This document shows, in pieces, positions 52,861-64,000 of a DNA stretch of 64,000 bases. A model generated the notes under the pieces. The model was not told where the DNA came from. It saw nothing but the letters and a program-made list of their open reading frames with translations, and made no database searches. Within the stretch, counting starts at the first letter, position 1. Every line of letters begins with the position of its first letter. The stretch is from Bigelowiella natans CCMP2755. Lineage: Eukaryota; Protista; Cercozoa. Location: the NCBI GenBank assembly GCA_000320545.1, contig ADNK01001279.1, forward strand, positions 62,001 to 126,000, in the 5' to 3' direction. A program made the position numbers and the translations under genes.

Positions 52861-53142
52861 CAATATATACGTAGTGTACATACCATTTGTAACAACTACG
52901 AAAGCATCCATCTTCGTCAATCATAATTCAGTTTAGCGTATATGATGGCTGCGTCAGCGTCGCGTTGGTATGCGCGCTGGTGGTAACTTCTTCTCAATAC
53001 TCAAACTAAAAAAAGTCCCTCAAATTGTTCTGTTTGCTGAGGACCTGTGGACCGAAGAGAGCTCTATAGTGTTTACAATGTGCATGTTGATGACAAAAAG
53101 AGGGTATCTGTTACTAGTGTAGAACCATTTATGACATAGTTG

Positions 53143-53730
53143 TCAGAAGTGGAAAATGAAAGAAGCTGCAAGCAAGGCAGAAATAATTCCAAATGCGCCA
53201 TAGATGACGTACGGCTGCTCGGTTTGGACTTTGCGAAGTGCATTGCTTGCTTGGATTGGTCTAACAGCCCCGTCTCGCAAGGAGTTTCGAGCCATATTTT
53301 TCATTTTGAGCAGAAGATCTTTGTCATTATTGGAGCTGTCTTTCCTGATATGTTCGAAGAAATTATGAATCAACAGACATTCTAGCTGAAGATTGTAATA
53401 TTGTGACCCTGCTAAAGGTGTATACAGTTGTCTTGGAGTAGCTAACCTTCCTAGATGATTGGGAACCTTTAAGTTAGGAGTGCAAGAATGAGAACATGAC
53501 ACATGAGAAATCATGAGGTTCAATCATCGGTTACCAGTTGTGACGAAAATGAAGGGAGAAAACCCTGAGTCAAGGATGCAGTCTTGCAATTGTAGTTTGT
53601 GTGAAAACGAGCTCTAAGGTCTCTCCCTAGAGGAGCCTGCTGCGTTGGTTTTATCATCGCTATCACCACCATCATCGTCATTGTCGTCGTTGTCTTCATC
53701 GTCGTCCCAAATTCCTACTTGCTGCTCCTA
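53143..53730 (-). CDS. Small hypothetical protein with a C-terminal TM helix; exon structure and start unresolved
   Basis: Terminal coding segment ..LRKVQTEQPYVIYGAFGIISALLAASFIFHF*. Upstream segments resemble a transit peptide, but I could not reconcile the intron phases. Confidence 0.35.
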
Positions 53731-53921
53731 TGTAAAGACAATTATCATCCAAGAACGATGCAAGTATACATGAAAATTGATACTAAGACGAACAGGCGAA
53801 AGAGTTAATGATAATGATGATCATGATGATGATGTCCTGACTGAATGAGCAACCCTTTCTTCGGCAGCAGAGCAGGGTGGCGACGATGGGAGTGGTTTCC
53901 AAAAATTGCCTCTAAATTGGG

Positions 53922-54343
53922 TCTACGTCATGAGATATATATTCATGCGAAAAAGAGACCGACGATAATAGGAATAGTTTAAATAAACCGCATCGATATC
54001 GGATCTACGTCATGAGATATTGATTCAAAATGTAGTTCGTACGAGTCGTAAGCAAATATTACCATCATTATTGTTTATTCAAGTAGACTACCACAACAGA
54101 ACGAAGCGAGGGAGGAGCAGTACCCCGATCTGACCACGAACAGTTCCTAGATCTAGTGGCAGTAGTGGTAGTAGGAAGGAAGGAAGTACGCTGCCCAGGA
54201 AAATAGATCACAGCAGTATAGGAAAGAAGAAGAAGGAGGACAAAAGGCGGGTTAGGAATCTCTCTGCTATCGGAACGTAAAGCCTAATCATATCGAACGA
54301 ACTGCTATCGGAACGAAAAGCCTAATCATATCGAGCAAACTGC
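53922..54343. promoter_or_regulatory. Repeats in the UFC1 upstream region: 17-bp direct repeat and 38-bp tandem duplication
   Basis: TCTACGTCATGAGATAT at 53922 and 54004 (contains ACGTCA). CTGCTATCGGAACG(T/A)AAAGCCTAATCATATCGA at 54264 and 54302. A regulatory role is inferred from position only. Confidence 0.4.
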
Positions 54344-54400
54344 AAGAAACTAGGACAGCTAAGTAGGCATTGTGAGAGGACCAGGCAAGAATCATCGAGA

Positions 54401-55783
54401 ATGCTATCTAATAAAACAAAAGCGACGGTGAAGAAAATTCCTTTATTGAAAGTTCGTGCTGGCCCACGAGACAAAGAGGCTTGGGGCAACAGATTGAAGG
54501 AGGAGCTCAAAGCAATGATTACGGTATTAGTGGTAACAAAACACTTAAAAAGATCCTGCCACATGGATGTCCTACAAAAAGAAACACATATGTGAACAAA
54601 TATTTGCAAGAAATTCTGATCACCAATTGACGCAAACGCCAGTGATGATTGATACGCAATGATGGCAAATGATGATGATCATGGACAAATGCGAAAGCTA
54701 TATCTCGTTCGCATTATCCAACTTTCGTTCTGATTCTTGCAACGTGTTCAATGGCAGTACGTTAACAACAACAAGGAAAATGACAACGATTGGTTTTTCA
54801 TAACTCCAAATGCGGATGGAACACAGTATGCTGATTAAGTAAACTTATTGTGGTAGATCATGACTTCATCATCAATTTACTTCGGAGCTAACTACGCCTT
54901 GGATTAACTGTTACTCGACATTGCTTTCACTACTATGTGTAAACAGCTTCTCAAGCAAGCTTTTGTTACGTTGGCTCCTTATAAAACTCTATTATTCAGA
55001 TGGTCAGGCAAGTGCTGGGTATATCATGAAATGCAAAAGTATGAATTTCAATTTAACTTCGAGGTATTTACATCTTCTTTTACTTTCCTCCGTTATTTTC
55101 ATGAGAGTTAATCATTTCCCTTGTTATCGATTGATATCTTTAGATACCAATCACATATCCAGTGACGCCATTTGAGATCGTACTTCCAGAGTTAGATGGA
55201 AAGACTGTGAAAATGTACAGGTAGTAGTACTTGAACCCTTCTTTGCAGGAGTATCACTTCGGGTGAAAAAAAACGACAATACAATTTTGTGGTGGTGGTC
55301 ATGATGATGATTATATTTACGATATTTAAGATGATGGCAGAGTCTAATTTGGACATAAGTATGCTTTCTTGAAACATGGAAAATTTCATCAGAATATTTC
55401 ATTTATTAAAAGAAGAGTGTCAGAACATGTGACTTGCTTGCTATCCGCTATTACTGCTATACTACAGGGGAGGTAAAATATGCCTTTCAGCCCATTTCAA
55501 ACCTCTTTGGTCAAAAAATGTTCCCCGTTTCGGCGTAGCCCATGCTCTGGCATTGGGGGTTGGTTGCACAACACTAAATCGCTCATCAATACCACAAAAT
55601 ACAAATCATACTTCCTCACTAACTGTTAGTACCAGAAGCGATTAATTTCTTCTTTCCTCATACCTGAGTCACTCTCTATTTGCTATTGTGCAGCTGGCCC
55701 CCTGGTTGGCAGCTGAGGTCCCAAACTTAGTGGATGCAAAGCTAATTCTACCAAAAACTGAGCAGAAATCAGTAAAAACTTGA
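54401..55783 (+). CDS. UFC1: Ubiquitin-fold modifier-conjugating enzyme 1 (UFM1 E2); 6 exons
   Basis: [41 protein letters not shown]|[13 protein letters not shown]..|[16 protein letters not shown]..|[26 protein letters not shown]|[30 protein letters not shown]|[10 protein letters not shown]. Confidence 0.97.
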
Positions 55784-55919
55784 TAATATAGGCGAGCCAT
55801 TTGCATATTCACTTTATTCACGTGCGAAAGATCAGATCAGAATGATCTCTCAGAAATCGCGCATTTGAACCAGTTACACTACCACTGCTTCATATCATTA
55901 TCCTGGAGTTGCTAGTGAT

Positions 55920-55983
55920 TATGAGACGGATGTAATGAAATGATTACAATTTTTCAATAGCCATCCTAACGTAGCTATGCGAA
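55920..55983. mobile_element. Least-mutated copy of the TIR-family terminus
   Basis: TA-TGAGACGGATGTAATGAA-ATGATTACAATTTTTCAATAGCCATCCTAACGTAGCTATGCGAA. It carries the same 18-mer as 33499 and retains its TAs. Confidence 0.65.
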
Positions 55984-56548
55984 GAGGCGGTTAAAGCTAG
56001 TGATTATAGATCCTATACAATGGGCTATGTACTGCGTGATAGATCGTACGATCAATGAGTGCTGGCGCCTTAACGCACCAATCTTCATGCATATGTCAGA
56101 TGCTATGGTACGTGACACGTACCTAAGTCGACGGCAGCGCGCGTCAAATGCTCAGTTTTTGTTTGAAACGCTTAGCTCATCCTATATCTACTCGTTCAGA
56201 ATGTAGCAACGTACGATACGCGCGTGTATGTGTATTAAATGCAAAGTCACGTGCTAGCTAACCTCTTCCGTGACTAAATAGAGGTACATCTTAGTCGCTA
56301 TGGCATGATACGCCGTACTGTGATGATATTTGTAGGATCGATGATTACGGTAGGTGGCACGTGTGGTTAAGTACAAGCAAGCGTTGCTGGCTCGAACAAG
56401 TAGTACTTCGTTTTAGGACACAGAATAATAGCCTCCATCATATTATCGTGAAGCTAAGACCTCTGCCGCATTCGCAAAGTCATCCACATGCTGCGAAGTC
56501 ATTCCAGATCAGCAATTATTTTCAAATAGATTAGAGAGTAGAATTTTT

Positions 56549-57145
56549 TTATGGTATCACCTCCACTACTTCATGGTTTCCACCAGTAGAAGCTTGAATT
56601 TCTTTGTGATATTTTATCTCAATCACACCTTTTTCGGACACTGGAACCTCCTGTGATGTGTAAAAAGATATCCAAATATGTAAAAATTTGGCGAGAATCG
56701 ATGCATTCCGACGTAAATACCTGTCCAACTCCTGCATCCACAATGGTGCTCTCATTGTCACGTAGTTCCACCCTCCGGGGCATAAGCTACAATTAAAATT
56801 ACAACACTGATCAAAGCAGTTAATCTGCACGAATTTTCTTTAATGCGATTCTTACGCGTATCTTCCCTATTTGTGGTAAGGGCCCTGATCGTTTTCTTCT
56901 CCTGATAAATGTATATACATGTTGACTATATTGACAATTACAATACCCAAAACTTGCAGACCTTGGTTTCTTTGGCATAAAGAGGAAATCCAATTTATCG
57001 TGTACAATCTGAAGTTAGAAAATGCTGCATCAATCAACAAAGCGGTGGAGTAATGCACGTACACATACCTCTTCACGAGTAGCGTTGTACAAATTCTTCA
57101 GCATGAACTCTTGATGTATCTGTAATAATACGAACCATAACTGCC

Positions 57146-57178
<33 letters not shown>

Positions 57179-58149
57179 ATAGCAGTAGCAGTAGCAGTAG
57201 CAGTAGTAGTAGTAGACCAGTAGTACACGTGCATCTTCTCACCCTGGACTTCCGATCGAACTCTTCCTGTTCTTTCTCTCGCCGTGTCCTCTCTCCAGGA
57301 ACAGTGGAAGGTTTTTGTATCTGTTGGAATGAACATCACTAATAGCGTTCTGATGTGTGGAATTATGCTTTGAAGACAAAAAAGTTACTACTACATTGTC
57401 AGATACGTTCTGTCGTGGATACCAGAGAGAACCGTATTGCATTTGAAGCTCGAGGTTGTACTTCTGCCAATATGGTGGATCAGGGTCTGGCGACTCCAAA
57501 CCTGCAGCAATACGGGCTGGATGCTTTTTTGAAGGAGGCGGGAATAAGTGTGGGTATAGACGTCTCTCGAGTATTCGCTGAGTAGGATGTAATAGGAAAC
57601 AAACACTTTTAAGATCACAAACGCACGAACCGTCACCCATATTCATTTCGCGGCTTTCATGCAGATGTAGCTGTATGCCAGGCAAAAAGCTTTGTTGAAC
57701 AGGACAAACCTGGAGCTCCATCTGCCTTTCCAAGTACCAGCCTAAAGAAGGAAATGAATCAAACGATCATCTTCATTCAGAAGTGGTGGTGCCTTTAGAA
57801 ACTAGTGCTGCTGCTGCTGCTGCTGTTACTTACGCTGGAAGTTCGGGTCAAGCCACCGCCCACTATTTCTTCGTTTTCTTCGCTTTGACCTGACCGAAAG
57901 TGCCCCTCCTCGCAGATTTTGAAGTTGGCAGCGAGTGTGCGAAGAGACTTGGTTTCTCCTTCCCAGATACGAATCCCCTGATAAATAATACCAGCAGCAT
58001 TTGAGAGTTGCAGCCATATACATAAGAAATTCAACTCCATTGTCACCATTTCTGTGCTCCGCAGCAGATATCATAGCAGGATTGACTGATGAAATCATCA
58101 CCATCAAATTTGCCGATATGAGTAAGCCTGCTGCTGTGTAAACGATCAT
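56549..58149 (-). CDS. Hypothetical protein with a signal-peptide-like N-terminus and an NLRGG motif; multi-exon
   Basis: MIVYTAAGLLISANLMVMISSVNPA..CQLQNLRGGALSVRSKRRKRR..; later exons IHQEFMLKNLYNATREE|IVHDKLDFLF..|LMPRRVELRD..|EVPVSEKG..VEVIP*. Confidence 0.6.
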
Positions 58150-58621
58150 TTCTTGGCAGCAAGACTACTCGTTGCACCCTTTGGACTAATTCCTCACGTC
58201 GTTCCTAGGTGCCATCGTAGCACCCGCCCTAATGAAGCTACTGTCAGAAGGATATTGCTAGCATGTAATCATATGATTCATCATCATCATCATCATCATC
58301 TCATCATCATCATCATCTCATCATCATCATTCCTCACTCTTCGCTGGATCGCATAGCAGGGAAGGAAAGCGCTAATTTATCGCTCGGTTCCGCAGATTTG
58401 TAGAACAATTTCTGTACTTAATACTTCGAAACATATAAGCACTGTGCTCATCAGTTCCTATGCGTGGAAAATTTCAAGGCGACATATTAAAAATCATTGA
58501 TATTGTGTAATTATCTGAATATTTTTATCCAAAACCTGCAGAGAATCTCTCCTGGAGAGGAACGAATTGAACGGAGGTACCGGAAACAACCGAGTTGCGC
58601 TCTCCTTGCAGCCCCTCGACG

Positions 58622-58702
58622 ATGATCAATGCCGGTCATCGCAATAATGGCTTTGGCACATCATCATCATCATCATCATCATCATCATTATTATCATCAC
58701 CA

Positions 58703-58733
<31 letters not shown>

Positions 58734-59791
58734 TATGCGAGAAGAGCCGAAAGGGACTTGCAGGAGCGTTCCACCCGTTAATTATTATGATGCTTATGAC
58801 CGCCGCCATAGTTTTCATCGCATTTGCGAGCAGTGACGTCACAAATACGCTTGGAGGAAGCTATATTAAAAGCATTAAGCCATCCTGTTTGCTTAGAAGC
58901 ACATTGTCATCATCAGCAGCAGCACCACCACCACCATCACGGACGCATATCATAACGAGACTGAGAAGGAGTTGCTTCAAATGTCCGCTGTCGTTGATGC
59001 ATACTGCGTTGTCATCGAATCCCACTGCTTACACGTATGGGAGGGTTAGGAAAGATGGCTACGTGAACGTGTTAACATCAGTCAGATCATCAGCAGGACA
59101 ACGTGATGAATCTGCATCCAGCCAATACAATAGCAACAGCACCAACAAAAGTGAGGTGGGAGATCAAGAAGATGGAAAAAAGAGAAAAGGAGATATTTTA
59201 GACTCCATGATTGAATCGTTCCAGAAAACAGGGGAGTTTAAGCGTGATGACAACGATGATGACCCCGAACACCGGCAACTCATTGATTCGATGTTCTTAG
59301 AGGTAGCAATAGTAGTAGTAGGAGAAGAAGTGCTAGTTAGTAGTAGTAGCAGCAGTAGCAGTAGCAATAGTAGGGTTTTATTTAAAAAAAATGTTGGTGG
59401 TTTGTGATAAGTCTAGAACCAAAACATTTAGAAGAATTATCACCACCATCACCACCACCACCGCTGCCATCATCACCGCCATCGTCGTCATCGTCGTTGT
59501 GAATATAATGATCATAGGCAAACAATCTTCATGAGGAGGAGGACCACGAAGCTGCAATCGAGCTCTATCAGAAAGTGAATAATTACCGTATCTTAACATA
59601 TCTTTGTACTTCAAATTTATGTCTCATTTAATATATTCATTTCTTGTTTCTATCTTGCCATCTCTTACTCTCTCTCTCTCTCTCTCTCTCCCCTCCCCTC
59701 CTCTCTCTATGAAATGATATTACTCGCTGAATGATGCAGATAATAGATATGGAACCTGAATTCAACAAAGAAGCTCTGCTCAACATGGTAT

Positions 59792-59827
<36 letters not shown>

Positions 59828-60463
59828 AAATAATAATCCCAATGAATAATGATGATATCTTTCTTATACTCTTAGACTAGGTTCTCCCAAATATGGAAAT
59901 CACAATACACGCGAACTACTTTTGTAGCATGATCATCATTATCATCAACATCATCAGCATCCTCCTCTTCTTCTTCATGATGATGATGAGTATATTGTTA
60001 GGCCTTGTGCTATTCAGATATGGGAGAAGTAGACGCAGCGGTATGTAGTATATCCCACACTTCACATATGCTTTTCTTTATTTTTAAACTTGTAATAGTA
60101 GTAGTAGCAGCAGCAGTCTTATTTTTAGAATTAAATATCGGTAGTACAGTATCAGCGTAAATTCATCATCTTACTTTACCCACAACCTACAATTGCACGT
60201 AGTATTTGAGGAAGAAGAAACAGAGAAATCGTATGATAGAATCAAATGCATGACATGGGTTGTCGCAGTCGCTCAAATATCATCAGCAAACAGCCGTACC
60301 ACTATATGTAATTTATTATTATTATTATTATTGTTATTATTATCTTAGTTGGACATTTACGAAAGATGTTGCGAGGAGAACCCATCATACGCAACTGCAT
60401 TTTACAACAAGGGGTGGGTCATTTTGCGTGCTAGTGGGCAATCTTCTAATACATGGACGTGAA

Positions 60464-60497
<34 letters not shown>

Positions 60498-61267
60498 GTA
60501 AAATGAACAGCTCCAACCCGATGTTTAGGTTGTTATTGGAGGACGTTGGAAGACATCAAAATGCTCTAGACGCATTCAAACTAGTATGACGATGAATGAT
60601 AATGATAATTAATATGATAATGATGATGATGATGATCACGACGACGGTGGTGGTGGTGGTGGTAGACGCGATTCTTCTTCTTCTTCTTTACTTCTATTTG
60701 TGCTTTTGAAGGTGCTTTGTATCTAAGCATGGAATACACTGCGTTATGTTGTTTGATGTAGGCATCACAGCTGACATCTCAGAAAGCTAAGGACACCCAG
60801 GCCACTTATTTCTATAGCATGGTGTTCTCCACCATATCATATCATATCACATACCACATCATTCGAATTAATACCGTGATATCATATCATATCATACAAA
60901 TTAAAACCTAGCCATGGGATGGTTTTGGAGGTTGTTCGCTTACGTCAAGAAAGAATAACAAAGCGTGGAAGTAGACAGCTGCTGATGAGTGCTGTTAAAC
61001 GCACTACAATTTCTACAATTTTATATTTTTGGAGAGCTGCTATATGTTAGTATAATCCTATATTTTTGAAGAGCTGCAACCAACCGATGCTGTCGTTCAT
61101 GAATATCAAATAATAGATAGTAAAAATACTATTGGGTTGTACCTTTTATTGATTCTTTTAAATTGAAATGGTGCTGAATTGGTGCTACTGGTGTTGCTAC
61201 AGGGAGTAAGCTACGACAGTCTAGGAGATAAAAGAAAGGCCCTCAAGATGTATGATATGGTAACTCA

Positions 61268-61300
<33 letters not shown>

Positions 61301-62368
61301 CAGTAGGAGATGATGATATATCTCATTTTCTTCTTCTTCTTCTTCTTCTTCTTCTTCTTCTTCTTCTGCTTCTTCCTCTTCAGGCTATCGAACTTGCCCC
61401 GGATGATCCTGATGTATGGCTAAATAGAGGACAAGTAACACTCACCATCATCATCACCACCACCACCACCACCACCACCACCACCACCACAATAATAATA
61501 ATAATAGTGATAGCAATGATTATGTATATCCTACCACTGGTTCCATCCCACCGAGGATTTGAAACAAGCTGCTGATAAGCACGTACAAATGCACACACAC
61601 ACACACACATTAGCATTCAAAGTCACACGTGCATCATCATAATACACACAAAGGTACTTGCTGATAGTGGTAAATTGGAAGAGGCAATAAAGTCTTACAA
61701 AGAGGTATTAATATTTTTGTTTGCCTCTGGCATGTGATACCTGCTCTTGTGTGGCTGTGATTCCTCTTCTTCTTCGTCATCATCATCTTATTCTTCTTTG
61801 CCATCAATCCAATTTATCAACAATAAGCGAAATCATCATCATGATCATCCTTTCAGTTGCATCACGATCAACATAGCATTATGTGCTTCTAACGTAATTC
61901 CAGGCATTGGAATGCAGCAATCAGCAGGATGCTTTTGCATGGTGATGATGAGATAGTCATCGTCGATCGTTGTCCTCCTCCCACTACTACCCTCATATGA
62001 ACAATAATCATAAAACCTCAACCCCTTCTTCCGTTGAAGGGCAGAAACAGTAAAGAGTACTGGTTGGATGTTCTTCAGGTACAATCTTGGTGTTGCTTAT
62101 GCTTCTTCTCCCAATCCACAAATGATGGATGAAGCAAGGTACTTCTACTATACACCTAGTAACATCGTTAAATTCTGTGAATTAGCTGCTCTTAGCTACT
62201 ACTACTACTACCTACACGATATATGCACATCCATTGTCGTTTGTGGTGAGCGAGTGAGGAGAATGATGTGTGGCTTCTACTAAGTAAGATCTGCTCATTC
62301 TTCATCATCATAACATTCTTCTTCTTCTTCTTCGTCGCTTAAACCCCTTTTGCCACTACTACTACTAT

Positions 62369-62403
<35 letters not shown>

Positions 62404-62715
62404 TGATCATGTTGATGTCTTTCTCTTCTACTACCAGACGGTGCCTTGTTCGTTGTAATGAGCTGGACAACGATGCTGTTAGAGCTTCCTTCTCTAACTT
62501 TATTTACGGGTCTTTTTCTTGTAATGTTATGTCATATATGTCATGGGAGAGGTGATGATGGAGGAGGAGGAGAAGGAGAAGGTGTTGGTCTCATTATTAT
62601 GATTATGAGTATATCGTGACATTGCTTTCATTCGAAACACTACCTACCACTATCATACAAAGATGATGTCGTGAGTGAGCTTGCTCCCTCCCTTTGTTTC
62701 TCATTAGAATTAGCC

Positions 62716-62746
<31 letters not shown>

Positions 62747-63442
62747 CTTCTTCGTCATGGCATCATTTTGAATGATGTGCCAACAATTATTTTTATCTAC
62801 TGATACAAACAATAGAGGGGAGATATTTGTGGAGCGATTAAATGAAGAAAGAAGATATGCTCTCGCTGTTTTCGAAAATTTCACATCTAATGGGATGGCA
62901 TTTGAACAAGGTTATAGTTTATCCTCATTATTATCATACTACATATATGATGCTTGTGTACCAAGGAGGGAAGTTGTGCTGGATTTCTACCGAAAACATC
63001 AGCATGAAGGAACATCTATAGCATTAATAAATATGTATTATTATATAGATAAATGGGGGACATTGATGGACGTTTGGCTTGAGCTACGTGGGGTTGAAGA
63101 AGACATCGAATGGATGATTCAAAGATTCAATGATTCACGTGGCCTAAATCAGGTAGTAGTAGTAGTATCAGTAATAGTCGTCGTCAAAGGATAATAGAAG
63201 CATATGAGTAGATAATGATAAATCATAGCTGAGATGTTGCGACAAATAAAAGGAGTTAAGATCACAGCAGTGGCATTAAAAACAACACATAGCACTCACA
63301 TAAGGGGGAGGAGGAGGAAGATTACATTATAGCAGTCGCAGTAGTAGAATTCCAAAAAATTAAATTATATCTTAAAGTTGCTCTTTTTATGCAATGTGAT
63401 GGCATCGTGCATTGAGTCGTTCATCATCAATAACAATCGTTA

Positions 63443-63488
<46 letters not shown>

Positions 63489-64000
63489 GACTAATGCTGC
63501 TGCTTCATCAACTAGATGGCCTATGGCTCTACTTGGCTTGAGTCTCACGTGGTGAGATGTAGTAGTAGTAGAAGTAGTAGATTAAGCTATTTCTTTTGCT
63601 GTTTCTTAGGATAATTCGTAGTACTCGATATACTGCTTATACTGCCACCAACGCTGTTTTTACATATTCCACATGTTAAGAAACAAATATACAATTCATA
63701 TTCTTTTTCTTTTCTTTTCTTTTTGTAAACAACGACCTTTATCCTTTTGCGCACGCGAACGAGTATTATTCAGCATGTATTGCCATGGTTCTTCTCTCAG
63801 AAAATCAAGGAGGCCATACTTGATGTTGAATCGTCTGTTGGGGATGAGTTGCAATGCAATGGTGTGGATCTCGTTGTGTTGGGATCGAGGTAGGTATTAG
63901 AAGGAGTACTGGTATGTTTCTTTGTGGATGGGTGGGTGGGAAAGCACCCCACTTTTAAGATCCCCGACAAATATTACTTCACTTCACACGACGATCGATT
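58622..64000 (+). CDS. TPR-repeat protein with a bipartite plastid-type leader; probably continues past the window
   Basis: Hydrophobic LIIMMLMTAAIVFIAFA followed by a Ser/Arg-rich transit-like region. TPR exons: ALLNM|ALCYSDMGEVDAA|LDIYERCCEENPSYATAFYNK|GLLLEDVGRHQNALDAFKL, GVSYDSLGDKRKALKMYDM|AIELAPDDPDVWLNRGQ|VLADSGKLEEAIKSYKE|AL..W|YNLGVAY. Confidence 0.8.

Noticed and set aside
54264-54343. 38-bp repeat as a CRISPR array
   Set aside because: Only two adjacent copies, no spacers, no cas genes, eukaryotic context.
1500-63500. Numerous short poly-M/H/S/V/L/Y ORFs in the ORF track
   Set aside because: Translations of intronic trinucleotide and dinucleotide microsatellites.

Overview
This is a gene-dense, intron-rich eukaryotic nuclear window, most likely from a chlorarachniophyte (Bigelowiella-like) alga. 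The evidence is a nuclear psaF with signal peptide + transit peptide + lumen signal, other bipartite leaders, a flagellar CFAP58, and short microsatellite-filled introns. Hand-spliced genes: a PhyH-family 2OG/Fe(II) dioxygenase with a PHD finger inserted in its catalytic fold, a type II membrane glycosyltransferase-like protein, TAF1B/RRN7, psaF, a conserved Rossmann-like hypothetical, CFAP58, CWF19L1 with a bipartite leader, a membrane-anchored thioredoxin, a truncated ubiquitin-like ORF, UFC1, a plastid-targeted TPR protein, and several hypotheticals. The most striking signal is non-genic: discrete 0.5-1.6 kb repeat-derived islands depleted of TpA, almost completely in three of them, while CpG is kept. 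The few surviving TAs are nearly all in CTAG, or otherwise in TAG/CTA. Aligned copies of a dispersed TIR-like repeat show TA->TG/CA changes directly. This looks like a repeat-targeted, context-specific A:T->G:C hypermutation process, the mirror image of fungal RIP. Gene models and counts were made by eye; exon boundaries and some starts are approximate.
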